Assembly (NCBI RefSeq): GCF_009834535.1
Contig: NC_045696.1
Location: 14,510,001-14,574,000 of the forward strand
Source: Camelus ferus
Taxonomy: Eukaryota
DNA length: 64,000 nt
Reading direction: 5' to 3'
Translations under genes and position numbers: made by a program
In this document: piece after piece, positions 38,400 through 51,300 of the stretch
Numbering within the stretch: the stretch's first letter is position 1
How the letters are laid out: every line of letters starts with the position of its first letter
Notes under the pieces: generated by a model
The model's database searches: none
Seen by the model: the letters and a program-made list of their open reading frames with translations, nothing else
What the model was told of the DNA's origin: nothing

Positions 38400-39450
38400 A
38401 CTTTCAGATTTTATAGATATAATTGTGTTCTACTGTCTCAGTCATTTATAAATATATTGTGAAAGAGATGAAAAAGCCAATAGACAACCTCTAGTTTTCA
38501 AAATTCTTATTAAATGATTTTAAAATCATCAAAATTCATGAGACAGACATTTTTCACTCAATAAAATGTGCTTGAGAAATTACCCAGGAAATAAAACTAA
38601 ATTAGATCCTAATCTTACAAAGATAATTATAGTTAGGTTAAATATTTTAAACAAACAAAAAAAATTAAACCACATAATCTAAGAGAAAATAAGCTTAGAA
38701 TTTTCAGTGACTTTCTACATGTAAAACCAATGCAAGAAAATAAAAACTTCTGCATAGAAAAATATAAAATTAGAAAGATAAGTGAAATTGAGAAGTATTA
38801 GCAAGGAATATATCATTAACATAAAAAAGCTTTAAGAAATCATTGAGATAAAGGGGAAAACATACTGATGGACAGAATAAGATTCTCAGAGCAGTAGTAA
38901 TAGAAACGGCTAGAAGCATGCTAGTAATAAAATAAGCCAAATAAAGTAAACTAGCTTTCATTTATGAAATTGATAAACATATTTTTAAAAGTAATAATGC
39001 CGAGGTAGATATGCCTATGCAATTTGATTCAGAGTTTTAAAATGTCCATAACCTTGGATGAGGTAATTTAACTTCTAGAAAACCTGTCATAAGAAAATAA
39101 TCAGGAATGTTAAAAATTATTTACCCACATATTACTTATACTAATAAGACACTGGAAAGAATTTAAATACTTCATAGTATTGAACAAATAAGTTATCGTA
39201 TTAACTACATGGCAAAAAATTCTGTACAGTTTAAAATGTAATTATAAAAAAATAATTACATGGGGGACATGCCCATGATTTGTTAAGTAACAAAGTGAGA
39301 TGTAAAACTCTGTTATCTATTAGTCAACTATGTCTAAACAAAAATAACTGGAAGGAAACTCCCACATATGCATGATTATTTCAGGAGTTAAAGACTACAG
39401 GACTTTTTTTTTTTAATTATTCTTTAGGGTTTTCTTTCTTTCCTAGATTT
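38400..39450 (+). mobile_element. Highly degraded L1M (L1ME-like)
   Basis: A-rich strand bias with L1-like motifs (cataaccttggatgaggtaatttaacttctag; aaataactggaaggaaa). Confidence 0.45.
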
Positions 39451-40444
39451 CATTAACTTTTAATCAGAAACAGTTCTGCATAAATTCTTATTTTAGATGT
39501 TGCCTGCACCCTTGTTAGTGAAAATGTAGGGTGGCCCATCAGCATTAGCACCACCTGGGAGCCTGTGACCCATGGGGTAAAGGATAGGGGGGCTATTTAA
39601 AAATCAGATGATCCCCAGGGACCATTTGAGATTCCTCTATGGTCAAAGAAGCACTTTTTTCCCCTGCTTCCAAACATTTCACAATATTCATTGGTTTCCT
39701 CCATGTGTTTTACTTTAATATCTTTGTGTCTTAATTACTCCCATGTCTAAGCAGAGCAAAGCATTATTTTTTAAAGAAAAACATATTAGTATTTTGGCCA
39801 TAGTTTTAGATAACAGTGGTCTTTGTATAAGTCTCTTATTTTTTTTAATGACAATGTTGATGATATTATTAGGGGACATAATGTTCTAAAAACTGATTTT
39901 GCTTTGAATGGACACATAAGATGTTGTCTTCGTAGACCTATACATAGTTCATTTAGACGGGAATTAAATGAAATCTCCCATTCGTCCAGACTTCACTTTC
40001 TCAATTGAAAAATCTTACTTTAAAAAAATTGAAGGGCGCCATTAATTATCCATTACTGGAAATCCATAATTTTAATCTGTGTATTAAAATTTATGGTTTG
40101 AATTTTCCATGAATATGCTGCACCCTTGGCTCTTAAAGAGAGATGTTAACAATGATCTAATCTAATTACTTTGACCATAAAGTTATGCAATCTAGCATAA
40201 TTTCTCAAGATAAATATCTTCCTGCTAGAAAAAAAAGGTCTGCATAGATGAGGCTGCTGCTTCCTCTTATGAAACTGCAAGCACTGTTGAAGATAAATGT
40301 TGCTCATTGAAATACATTTCATTTTATTTTAACATTTTCAAACTTAGAGCTAATTCAGTACTAAAAACTCAGTCATTTATTCATCCAGAGTGACTTGTAT
40401 ACATACCTTTCTTCACTCATATGCCTTTCCACTTCTTTTCTTTA

Positions 40445-40590
40445 ACTTATGCAGATTCCTCATGTGTAAAGGAGAAGAAACCATACTTGACATGGTGGGT
40501 TTTGAGAATTAAATGAGGTAATACTTGTTCCTCAGAGTTTACCTGTCAGATATATGGTGATATTCTGTAAATAGCAGCTATGGTTACTAT
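40445..40590 (+). mobile_element. MIR SINE
   Basis: ttcctcatgtgtaaagg...ttgagaattaaatgaggtaata. Confidence 0.65.
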
Positions 40591-41465
40591 AAATTTCCCA
40601 TATACAAAGTATTTTAAAGTATAAGGCAATACAAATTTGGGGGAGTAGATAGAAATACAAATATTGTTATTTCTATAAAAGCTCTGTTAAGAACTTCTTA
40701 AAACACTTCCATCTAAATGTTGTAATATATTTTTATACTTTTATAATATGTTGAGATTTAATAACACTTATCAAAAGAAGCTTATTAGTTTCTTGACTAT
40801 TAATTTTAAAGCAATTTATCTACAGCATTTCAATTAATCATAAATCGATTTTAACAAAATGTTCGTCAAGGAGGAGGAATAGATCAATGCTGCATTTTGG
40901 ATTCATTATCCACTGTCCTAAGAATTAAAAGACTTCTTTTTAGACCCAATTTTTCAATTAACCAAATCATTTAATTTTCTTGAGCTTTAATTTCATCATC
41001 TATACTATGGCAAGATGAGCCAGTTTCTTGATAACTTTCTTCTGACTAAAAATTTCAAAAAGTCATTTATATCTCTCTAATCTGAATTTGGTTCCTTACC
41101 GTCAAGAATAAGGATTTTTACTTCTCTTATACTATTCAAAACATATATTGGAAAGTTTAAAATATATTTGCATTTCCAAAGTACATGTCCTGAAAAAGAT
41201 TTGGGAAGAACACAGCGATCCATAATCCAATATTCCAGAAACATACTGGATTTTTCAAATTTTGGTTTGTTTTCTTGGAAGTCTGAAGCTCATATCTGCT
41301 TTCCTGGTCTCTGCTTCAGCTAGTTTCTTGGGAAGCTGGAAATACTGAGACAATATGATTCTAGTGGGCTATTTAGTTAAAAGCGGAGAAACTCTCCAGC
41401 AGTAAGCTAGATTAAGTTCATCCAGGAAGATGGATTAAGTTTGCAATCATAAGCCTTCCTTGCTC

Positions 41466-41550
41466 TGTCTATCTGTCTGTCTGTCTGTCTATCTATCTAA
41501 CGATCTAACTCTCTCATCTGTCAATAAATCTATATCTATCTACCTATCTT
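41466..41550 (+). repeat. (TCTG/TCTA)n imperfect microsatellite
   Basis: tctatctgtctgtctgtctgtctatctatcta. Confidence 0.8.
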
Positions 41551-44303
41551 AATATCTAATTTGCTCCACAGCAAGCAAGCCAGTGCATTCCAAAGAGAGA
41601 AATTATGTGCATAGTAGTCACGTTTGCTTCTATTTCTTTGAAACAATAGTATTAAGACTGATGTAATGTCAATGAGACCAAAGCTATCTGTCAGTAGGTC
41701 AGAAACTGGATATACTGATGTATGAATGTTCTAACTGCTATTACACGAATATTTCATTTTTTTCCTTAAATAAAAAGCAACATATTGAATTGCTTTGTGA
41801 ATGAATGTATTTAGTTTAAGTTGTAGACCATGGAATATATACTAACAGGATGGTGATTATAGTTAAACCAGATGGAGTTTCTGGGTGGTCAGTCTTCCAA
41901 GCCAAGCTCAGTCTAGGATCCATTGCAGCAAGGTAATTTGAATGAGTTCATAAAAGTTGTAGATCAATATTGTGTGGTCTATATTACATTGCAAAAAAAA
42001 CCCTTAATATTTTTGTAGAGCTCTCGAATGCAAATATATTTATTTGGCATGTAAAAGTCCTGTTCATAAGATCAGTTAATGGATTACCTCAAAATATTTC
42101 AGACTATGAATTTAGTTGAATCAGGTTTAGAACTTGATCTAAATTAAATTCAATTTATATGAAAGTTCAGTTTCTAAATTTAGAGATAAACCAGATGTTG
42201 GGTCAGATTTATTCTCAGTTCTTTAAGAAAAGATAGCAAAATTGATGTAACACTTTTCAAACAAATTTGTTCATGCCTCTTCTCCTTAATACAACTTCTA
42301 TGAGATTATATCCACATAAGTAAAAATAGGTATCATTACCAGAGAAGATTTATTTTAATAAATATAAATTCATACCATAGCTTTTATTTAAGGGATGCTT
42401 ACTAAACAGAGAGCATCATTATAAGCTTTGTGTAGGGTGCTATTTGTGAAAATGTTTAAAAATCTTGAATAAAAATGTCTTATGCAAGTGGCATATTGAA
42501 TTATTTGGCTAAAATGCTCCTTCCAGTTAGCAATATCAGAAGACTTTTTGATAAGAAGATCAGGTTGCTTTTCCAATGCATTTTTAAAGTTTTATCACTG
42601 TCATTTACAATGCACCTAACCGTTCAGAAATATAGCTAGTATTTTTCAGATATAACTGTAGCTTCAACAACACTATTACTGAGAAACAGAACTGGGTCTT
42701 CTGATCCCAAGTTCCTTGCTCTTTTCCCCAAACCACAGGATGTACCCTCAGAATTCTCTCATATTAATGCAGTTAATTGAGAAAAGAAGACCAAAGACAA
42801 CAATTCATGTAATCAAGTGTAATTTCCAATTTGATATTTTCCCTGATTGATTTGCAAAATTTGCCTCATTTTAGTCTGACTGTGAGCATGTTTGCTGGCA
42901 GCTGATTTTTTTCAATTTATCTGCTATGAAATTGTAAAATTCACAACTTTTTGTGGTATGTCTGTGCACAGTAACTGGCAAGTGTTAGTTGGAACACAAG
43001 TTACTCAAGTGTTTTTGGATATGTTGTACAATGGTGTAAGGACAAGCCATTGGCTTTTGACTGTTATATCCTTGTCAATACTGATCCTATTTTTTAGAAT
43101 TACACAACTTGTTCAGAGTTCTCGGAACTGCAGAATTTAGAGGAAAAGAATCAAGACTATAATATTTATCATTTGTAATTAGATCAAGCTTTTGAAAGTG
43201 ACTTTAGTAATAATTGAATGACTTTGCAGACAAAATAATTGAGAGAGTATTAATTATACTCCTAAAAATCTTAACCTAACACATGGTGAATGCTGTTTTA
43301 ATGTCATAATGTTAATTTATAGTCCCTGCAAAGTAATGCACATTTTACAAAATGTGCTTTAAATTTCCGCATTAGTACATTTACCGTTAGAATATTTAGT
43401 CTATAAAATACTTTTCATTGCATATTTTATTTCTTAAATGTATTATGCATAACATACACAAGTGGAATAATGTAAGTAATCTATCAGGACTGAAAGTCAT
43501 TTTATCATCATCGACTAATCTGGAATGTCTGATTCACCATGCCAAAAATGTTCTGCCCCACAGGAGCTACTAGACCAAGCAGAATTTAAGGAGACCTAAT
43601 TAGCCCCAGGGTGCGTGTATTAAATGTTGGGTCAAGTTATCAAACTTCTCTTGTTCTCCATACATTCGTGCTGCTTATTTTACAATCCATTTTTGCCAAG
43701 AAATGTAGTCAGTATAAATTAATTTTGTACAATTACTTCAGTAAGACCTTTGAAAAATGTAGTTATATAAAACAGACCATTTAAACAAGCTCTTAATTAA
43801 CAGCATAGTTCTTAATACAAAAACCAGTATCAAATTGTTGGTCTTAAGCAAAAGTAGAACAGTTAACCAATTAATGTATTTCACCCAGCCCATGGCAAAC
43901 ATTTTAGTGAAGCTGAAACTAAAAGCATTTGGAGACACATATCAGAGAAAGGTAGTAATTCACAATGGAACAGTTTATTTTTAATACATGTAATTTTTTT
44001 TTCTCTTAAACTCGATGTAGACCTAAACAACCAATTAGGATACACAGTAAATGTGAATTTGATATGTGTTTTAAAACAATAAATTTTAATAAATCTTTTA
44101 TTTATTCATTCACAAAAAATATTTGTATTGAAATATGGAAAAATTCATACCAAACTATTGGCTGGTCATCTGTCAAGAAGGAAGTGGCATTTGATGGAAG
44201 AGGAAAAGTTTGGAGGGATTTTTATTTTTTCTTGGACATTTGTAATTATTTGCTATTTTTAATAAGGATAACATATTTGTGCATTACATAGTAATTAAAT
44301 TAG

Positions 44304-44373
44304 TTTTTTTTTAATTGCAGTATAGTCAGTTATGATGTGTCAGTTTCTGGTATATAGCATAACGTCCCAGTCA

Positions 44374-44423
<50 letters not shown>

Positions 44424-44439
44424 TTTCATATTCTTTTTT
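44304..44439 (-). mobile_element. Short L1 3' end (family of the 9541-10738 element) with an expanded (TA)n at 44377-44420
   Basis: aattgcagtatagtcagtta...cccagtcatgcatata...ttcatttcatattc is the reverse complement of the 10640-10735 type of sequence. Confidence 0.85.
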
Positions 44440-44602
44440 ACATGGTATTTTAAAACAATTTAAATTAAATATAAAAGTTACATTTTACATTGACGCCTTA
44501 TTTAGGCACCCAAGCTCTTAATTTGGGATGGGACATGTGTAATGAGAAAGGTACAGATATAGACACCTGTCATGGAAACCACATCCTTGCTTTGATTCTT
44601 TG

Positions 44603-44983
44603 CAATGATGTGCTGGTAAATGAGGTGGTTGCAGGGGAGCCCTGACTGGTGGCATTTGTGAAGTTTTATGGTGCCCATTTTCTTGACGTGGTCAATTTCA
44701 AGCTACCAACATGATGTCTCTGAATGTAAAACTCAAAGGGGCAGTGCAGTGGCACCCAGATATGACAGACAAACTCAAGAGCATAGAGAATAATAACACA
44801 TAAAATAATTAGGAAGTGACGAATCTGAATATTTATGACTTTTGTTCATAATATAATTTGATTAATTTTACATTTGTATAATCTATTTTTTAATAATGCA
44901 TCTAAAAACCAGCTTGCAAAATTCCTAGAAAGTTAAGAATCAGCTTTTGTAAGTCAGTACTGGTTGTTCCTAGCACACTATTG
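44603..44983. mobile_element. MER63(B-like) hAT-Blackjack DNA transposon
   Basis: TIRs caatgatgtgctgg / cctagcacactattg; internal atttcaagctaccaacatgatgtc; degenerate 8-bp flanks attctttg / gtccttcg. Confidence 0.85.
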
Positions 44984-45249
44984 GTCCTTCGCCTCTTTGC
45001 TCCCCATGGTTGCCATGTTTCCTCAAGGGCCCATATACCAGTCATGGTTAGCACCTTGGCCATGCATGAGGCAGAAAACCAAACCAAGCCATGGAAAAGG
45101 CAAGAAGTGAATTTCTATCTTTCTGATCTATTTACTGTCAATGTGAACTTTTGATGGCAGGGAAATTAGAATACTTTAAGAATACTTAGAATACTTTAAG
45201 ATTATGCTATTGTCTTGATAAGTTGGGGTAAAACAGAGCCATAATACAT

Positions 45250-45306
45250 TATCTATCTATCTATTTATCTATCTATCTACCTACCTACCTATCATCTATC
45301 AATCTA
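45250..45306 (+). repeat. (TCTA/CCTA)n microsatellite
   Basis: tatctatctatctatttatctatctatctacctacctacctatc. Confidence 0.85.
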
Positions 45307-46631
45307 TAAGTGATGTTGATGTTTTATGGTGTTTGTGTGTATGTGTGATGTCTTAATTTGCTTTGCCTCTCCTGATGCCATGTTGAGTCATGGAAGTCCA
45401 GCCTGAGGTGCAGGATAATGCTGGAAATGTTAGTAGTACAGGTGATCTTCAACTTACTGCTGTGTTTTCTTTCAGAACAAGATGCAGAGTGCGGATCTAA
45501 GTGGGTCGCTTGGCAGGATGATAGGGAAAGCAGAGAGGATCCAGCATGTCCCACAAAGAAATCCTGTGCACTCATGGCAGTGGATGTATGTCACATTCCA
45601 GAGCTCTGATGCTGTTAGCGTACCTTCTGAATGTCTCCGTTCTAACAAGGTTTGTTTAGAACTCACTCAGATGTAGATAAATGTCTTCTCTGTTTTGATT
45701 TGAATGTGACCATTTTCCTTATAGAATGCTATGAGTGGGTTGAGCCTAAATAGAGCCTCTTGAAATGATTTAATCTCCATAGCAGCCTACATCAACCTTA
45801 AAAACATGGCTGATTTGGTGACATTTGATCATCAAGATTACCATTAGTGTAGAAAAGTGTCAGTAATATCACCAATGTGTATTGATTTAAACCTTACTTT
45901 TTTCTTTCAAAAGAATATATTATATAATGGACTAGAAGAGAACTGTGACAGCTACATATCTTTTGATTCATTTAGTTCTCTGCCCAGAGCGAAAATGGCA
46001 GCATCAAAGGGACAGTCAGGAAAATGACTTCTCCAAGTATGAAGAAGGGAATTTCATTTCTCTGAGTTTCCAGTTTAGGAAGGACATGAAAAAGGACATG
46101 ACCAGCAAGAGAAAACATGGATTTGGGGAAATTCTATGCTTTTTGTTCTTTATAAGATGGCCAGAAGTTTGCTGATGATATCATGCTTGAGTAACCTGCA
46201 TGGCTTCAATCCTTTGAGTGATAAATTACGAAATTATAAAGAAAATGAATCTCATTTTTCCCCTAGTCAGAAAATTTAGTCATAGAGTTCCTCCAGATAA
46301 ATTTTTCTCAACACTTCAAAATAGCTGTGATATGATGCAAAAGGGGACCTGTGTTTTCCATCATCATTATAAAAATGAACAATAAAACGACCAAATTAAG
46401 AGACATTTTATGCTTGATATAGTACAGTTTGAGCCAGAGTAGACTGAATATTTTTATAGTAAGAGGTTGATTTAGACCATAATAAACAATAAGCAATCCC
46501 TCCAATTTGCAAATTAAAAAGGTGCACTGTTGCAAGAGGGAAATGGATCAAAAAATTCTGCAAATGAAGGCTACTTCTGCTGGAAGTTAGACTTCGATGT
46601 TAGACTCAGAAGCATTGCTATAAACCAGTGG

Positions 46632-46800
46632 ACCAGCGGTTCTTGACCTTCGGCATGCGCTGGAATCCCACGGAGGCTGTGCCCCAGTTCCAGAGTTTCC
46701 GGCATGGTACATCGGGGACGGAGACCGAGATCTTGTATCTCTAACTTGTTCCCAGGTGATGCTGTTGGACTGGAGACCACAGGCTGAGAACCCCAGCTAG
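46632..46800. mobile_element. MER5A-type hAT-Charlie MITE
   Basis: cagcggttcttgacctt...ccagagtttc...tctaacttgttcccaggtgatgctg...gaccacaggctgagaacc. Confidence 0.8.
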
Positions 46801-47319
46801 AACACTATGTATCAGAGGGAGATATGACCATTGATCTAAAGTTATAAAGAAATGCCTGGGCACAGAAGTTGCCAGATTCAGAATAACGTGTGTGTGCGTG
46901 TGTGAGTGTGTGTGTAAGCGCTCGCACGCATGTGTCGGGGAGAGTGATGTGGGAGGAGTATATAGAAATTTCAACCCTATTAGAAAAAATATTTCTAGTA
47001 ATTTAGCTGAATAGGTTGATGAGTCTTTGCTGGGTCATTTGTTTATAGATTTTGTATGTCTTGGATGTTTCATAATTCACTTTTTAAAAAGAGAAAAAGT
47101 CATATTTACTAAATTAAGTTGTAATCACTCAATTTGTATAAAGTACTACCGATCAGGTACATACCAATTAACCAAAAAATACACAACTGCTGGCTTTTAA
47201 GATTCTTTTAATCACATAGTTTAAATAATATATCTGAAAACACTTAGAAATCCTTCAGAAACACACATATATAAAGTGACACCATACAGAAAGATACTGG
47301 TAATAATTTTGCTCTCTTC

Positions 47320-47670
47320 TATTCATTAGTTTATTTAACAAATATGCATTGACTGCCTAATATGTGTCAGAAACTGTTCTAAGCATGAGAATCCAACAGT
47401 GCCCAAACTGACAACAATCTTGCCCTCATGGAGCCCAGATTCTATATGTTATTTTATTTTTGCTTAGTAACAAGCAAAACAAACAAACACCACCACCATC
47501 AGACTTGAAGCTGGTGAAAAGAAAGACTAGTAAATCTGAATTTAAAAAAATAAATCCAGCTTTGAAATCTAAAAAGAGTAGTGAGAGAGTAAAGATAATT
47601 CTAAGATAAGGAATTTCTTCGGGATATGCTAGTAAGGAAAAGTGAGTCTCAGAGCAAATGTGCAAGTTGA
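47320..47670 (-). mobile_element. L2 3' end
   Basis: atttaacaaatatgcattgactgcctaatatgtgtcagaaactgttctaagc...cttgccctcatggagc. Confidence 0.8.
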
Positions 47671-48009
47671 AATTATAAGTTTAATACAATTTTCATGGGA
47701 AAAACTGGTAAGATGAAATTTTCCCCACTTTAAAGTCATAATTTTCCCCAATGTTTTTCTTCTAAATCAGCCGTATGTAACAGTTTTTTGCCCTCTATGA
47801 ATATCTAATTCACACATGCGATGCATTTTTCAAGCTGCCATCTCTAAACAGAGCTAGAGGTTTGGGGGTGTGGGTAGAGGTGTTCAGATGGTTCCTCTCC
47901 CCAGCAAGCAAGCATTTCCCCTCCTAAGAATAATGTTTCCTTTTCATTGGGGAGTTAATGAACTAACTCATTAATAAAATATAATTTTCACATATTTCTT
48001 TACTGCTTC

Positions 48010-48310
48010 ACTAATTTATTTACTTAACAAGTATGTTTCAGATGTCCAATAGGTTACTTACTAGCAAAGGGCACAGAGCTGGAGATAAAAAGATCAGTCA
48101 GTTATGATCCTGTTCTTTAACAGTTCCAGTGTGGAAAAAGGGGATGTGAAAGTAGATTAATTTCAATATGGACAGAGAAGCGACCTAATAAAGCCATGTG
48201 GTGGAAAAATCTTTGAGTAACATGAAATTCCACGAGGTGGAGCAGGCAAGGTTTCCCAGAGGGTATGCTGCTTTGGGCGGAGCCTTAAAGACATAGCAAA
48301 ATGGCAATGG
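48010..48310 (-). mobile_element. L2 3' end, degraded
   Basis: tttatttacttaacaagtatg...ggcacagagctggagata. Confidence 0.55.
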
Positions 48311-51300
48311 TGGAAGCATTTGACTTGGCCATGACTGCAACCAAGAAACCTGGAGAAAATTATTTAAATACTGGTATGTGGTGTGTGAGTGTGTGTGTGC
48401 GCGTGCGCACGTGCACACGCAATATTTTTTCCAGTTTCTGCTAAGTCTCAGCAATATAAGACTTAGTTCTCAGAATATTAAATCCCCTACTGGGAGGCAG
48501 GAACTGCCATAATTGTCAGATATTCAAACATGCATTAGACATGGTCTTCCTTTCAATGAAGTTAGATTCCCATAGGAAATTCAACAAATTGCTCTTTACC
48601 TAAGGAACAGTAAACAAGTAAATTTTACTAGGTGAAAACTATAAAATAGTCCTTAGAAGAACTCTAAGTATCTTTCTTGCTCTTGGATTTTATGATTTCA
48701 GTGCTAAGAAAACTCAGTTTATGACATCACAGTAACTATTTCATATGTATTTTTTAAAGTCAAGTTCTTTCTTATGTACGTATTGAGTTGTTTATTAAAT
48801 TATTTCAGATACATTTTTAGCAGACTTGTATTACACTGTCTTATTTGGATATATCTGCAGGTAAATTCAAAATAAAACCAACCAATTGAATAAACAAAGC
48901 AAGAACTTTGGTTTTTCTCCAACTAGATGTTCCAGTGGTCTTTCTGTGTTCTCTGAAGTACAAAATCATATGTTGTAAACATATTTTATAATTATTCAAC
49001 TAGTTATTGTTCTGGGTTATTTATACCTCCTCTATATTAACACAGATAGTGTTATGAGAGTAAAACAGTGTGTCTGTTATACTTTTATTTAATCTAATAT
49101 AACTAAAATGGTAGCAACAAGAGGTCATTTTCCCAAATATATTATGAAAATATGTATGTTATTCACACAAAACAATCTAGGGATATGGTTCATGATAAAT
49201 TTTTCTCTTTATAACAAGTTATATCCTGTTGGTGTATTACAGTTCTTGGAAAAAATATGAGTGCATTTTAAAGTTTTGTGTTCTAAATTGGATCACATTG
49301 TGCTGTAAACTGAATCCTTTAAAACAAGTTATTTTCTCTTCTTAGCAATATTGAAATGAATAATATGCATAATTTTTCTTAATTAGGTTTTAAATCCAGT
49401 GAAACCAGGAATTATGTTTGGCATCCTTTATAAAATTTATATTTAGCCATCATAGCTAACAAAGCTAGTTATGACTATTGGCATGAAAAATGAGTAATGC
49501 TTTCTTTTTACTTACTTGTAAAGTTCAGTTGTTTGCTTAGTAATATAGTTACCCCGCAAATTTCAGAATCACGATAAGAACCATACAGATGCCAAGATTT
49601 CACGTAAAATTACTTCACAGAAAATACACTATTTAAAATAAGTGTTTTGGTAGTCTTATAAGGGAGCAGACATGATAATCCCTTTATTTTACAAATACTT
49701 TTTTCCTTTTATCTCAGTGAGGAGGTAAAGGGGTAGAGGTATCACATATAAACTTTTAAACTATTCTATTGTTTATGAAATAGTAATATTTCAGGTGTGG
49801 ACAGTCCATTAAGAAGGAGTTACCCAGAGCTCCTGGTACACGGCACTCCAAAACAAAAGTTATTATAATTTGTAACTCATCATAGGATTTACTAGCAGCA
49901 TCAACACTCACCACACTCAGTAAAATGCTGGCTTAATATATTTCCTCATGGATTATCACATTTATAAGGTCAACTTTTCACTGTTAATTCTAAATCATAT
50001 ACTCAATTTTGTGCACATCAAATAAACTGATTTACAAAAGAATAATTTAACAATCTTATTTTTTTTTATTTGTATGACAGCTGTCTACTGTAAAATCAAG
50101 TATCAATGTCTACTGGCATGCATTGAAGTTCTTATTGAGGAGATAAATGAGTGATAGTCCTGCCAGAGAGACAAAATGCCCTCTCGAGCCCCTTTCTAGA
50201 TTCTCATTCTTCAGTAAACAAGTTAGTAAGAAAGTGAATTTGCTATCAAGACTTTTCTCAGCTTGTTTCCAGGTTGGTTCTTTCATAGGCTACTTCCTGG
50301 TACCTTGTGTTTAAATGTAATGTTTGATAATTCCATAAATACGAACTAAAGTAGATCCCTCTTTGATTGTCCTTTCAACATAGTTTTCTTCCCTTTACTC
50401 TGCGTTGTCTACCTCTTCAGATCACTCTGAATATTAATATGGTTATCTCCTAGGAGGTTTACCTCTAATTTTCTGATGATTCTGTTTCTTATTATAACTG
50501 ATAAGTTGCACTCTTGTAGTGATTTTGAATCCACACTGGGGGACACATTAGCTCAGCAAGAGAGATGGATCAAAGAACTGTTTTCTCCAACCATGCTCAT
50601 TCCTAAACAGGATGGCAGAGATGATTATTTCTAAAATAAACCTGTATTTACTTCTGATCTTTTGTATTTATGCTTAACATTTAAAATAGAATCCCTCTTG
50701 TTTAATTGAAAAACTTTGGAAATCTTGTTAAATTTATGCCTTGAAATTAATTTTTGTTTCCTAAAACAATAAAACAGATTATTGAGCTGTAAGTAGGTTG
50801 ACTCAACCAAAATCCAACGGTAAATATTAAAACTAGTTTCTTACAACTAGCCCTTTGGCATGTTTTCTTTCTGAAATTCTTAATTTATAAAGTTGGTTAA
50901 AAATGCCTGGGTATGTCCACTGATAGCCTAAATTAGAACCTCATACCCTCTCACTTCCTCCCCAGTAGAACTCATTGCTTTCCAGAATGAATTTCATGTC
51001 TCCACTCTCTAATATACTGACCTTTGCTTGCTCTACCACTTTAGACAGTACAAATTAACATCCAAGATAAAATTCTAGCATATTTTGAAGTTACAGTTTA
51101 GCTTCTGAAGGTTGTTTTGGGATCCACATTTCAAGTAACACTTTATTAGTGATCCAAAGGCTTGATAATATCATAATCTTTGTACATCTGATTCAGGTGT
51201 CCTGATACAAGATTACATACGGAAGTGGCAGGGTTTAGGGTAACTGTCTGCTCCAATGCAACAGTATTTTTTTTTTTTTGTATCTAATTTCCCTTCTCCC

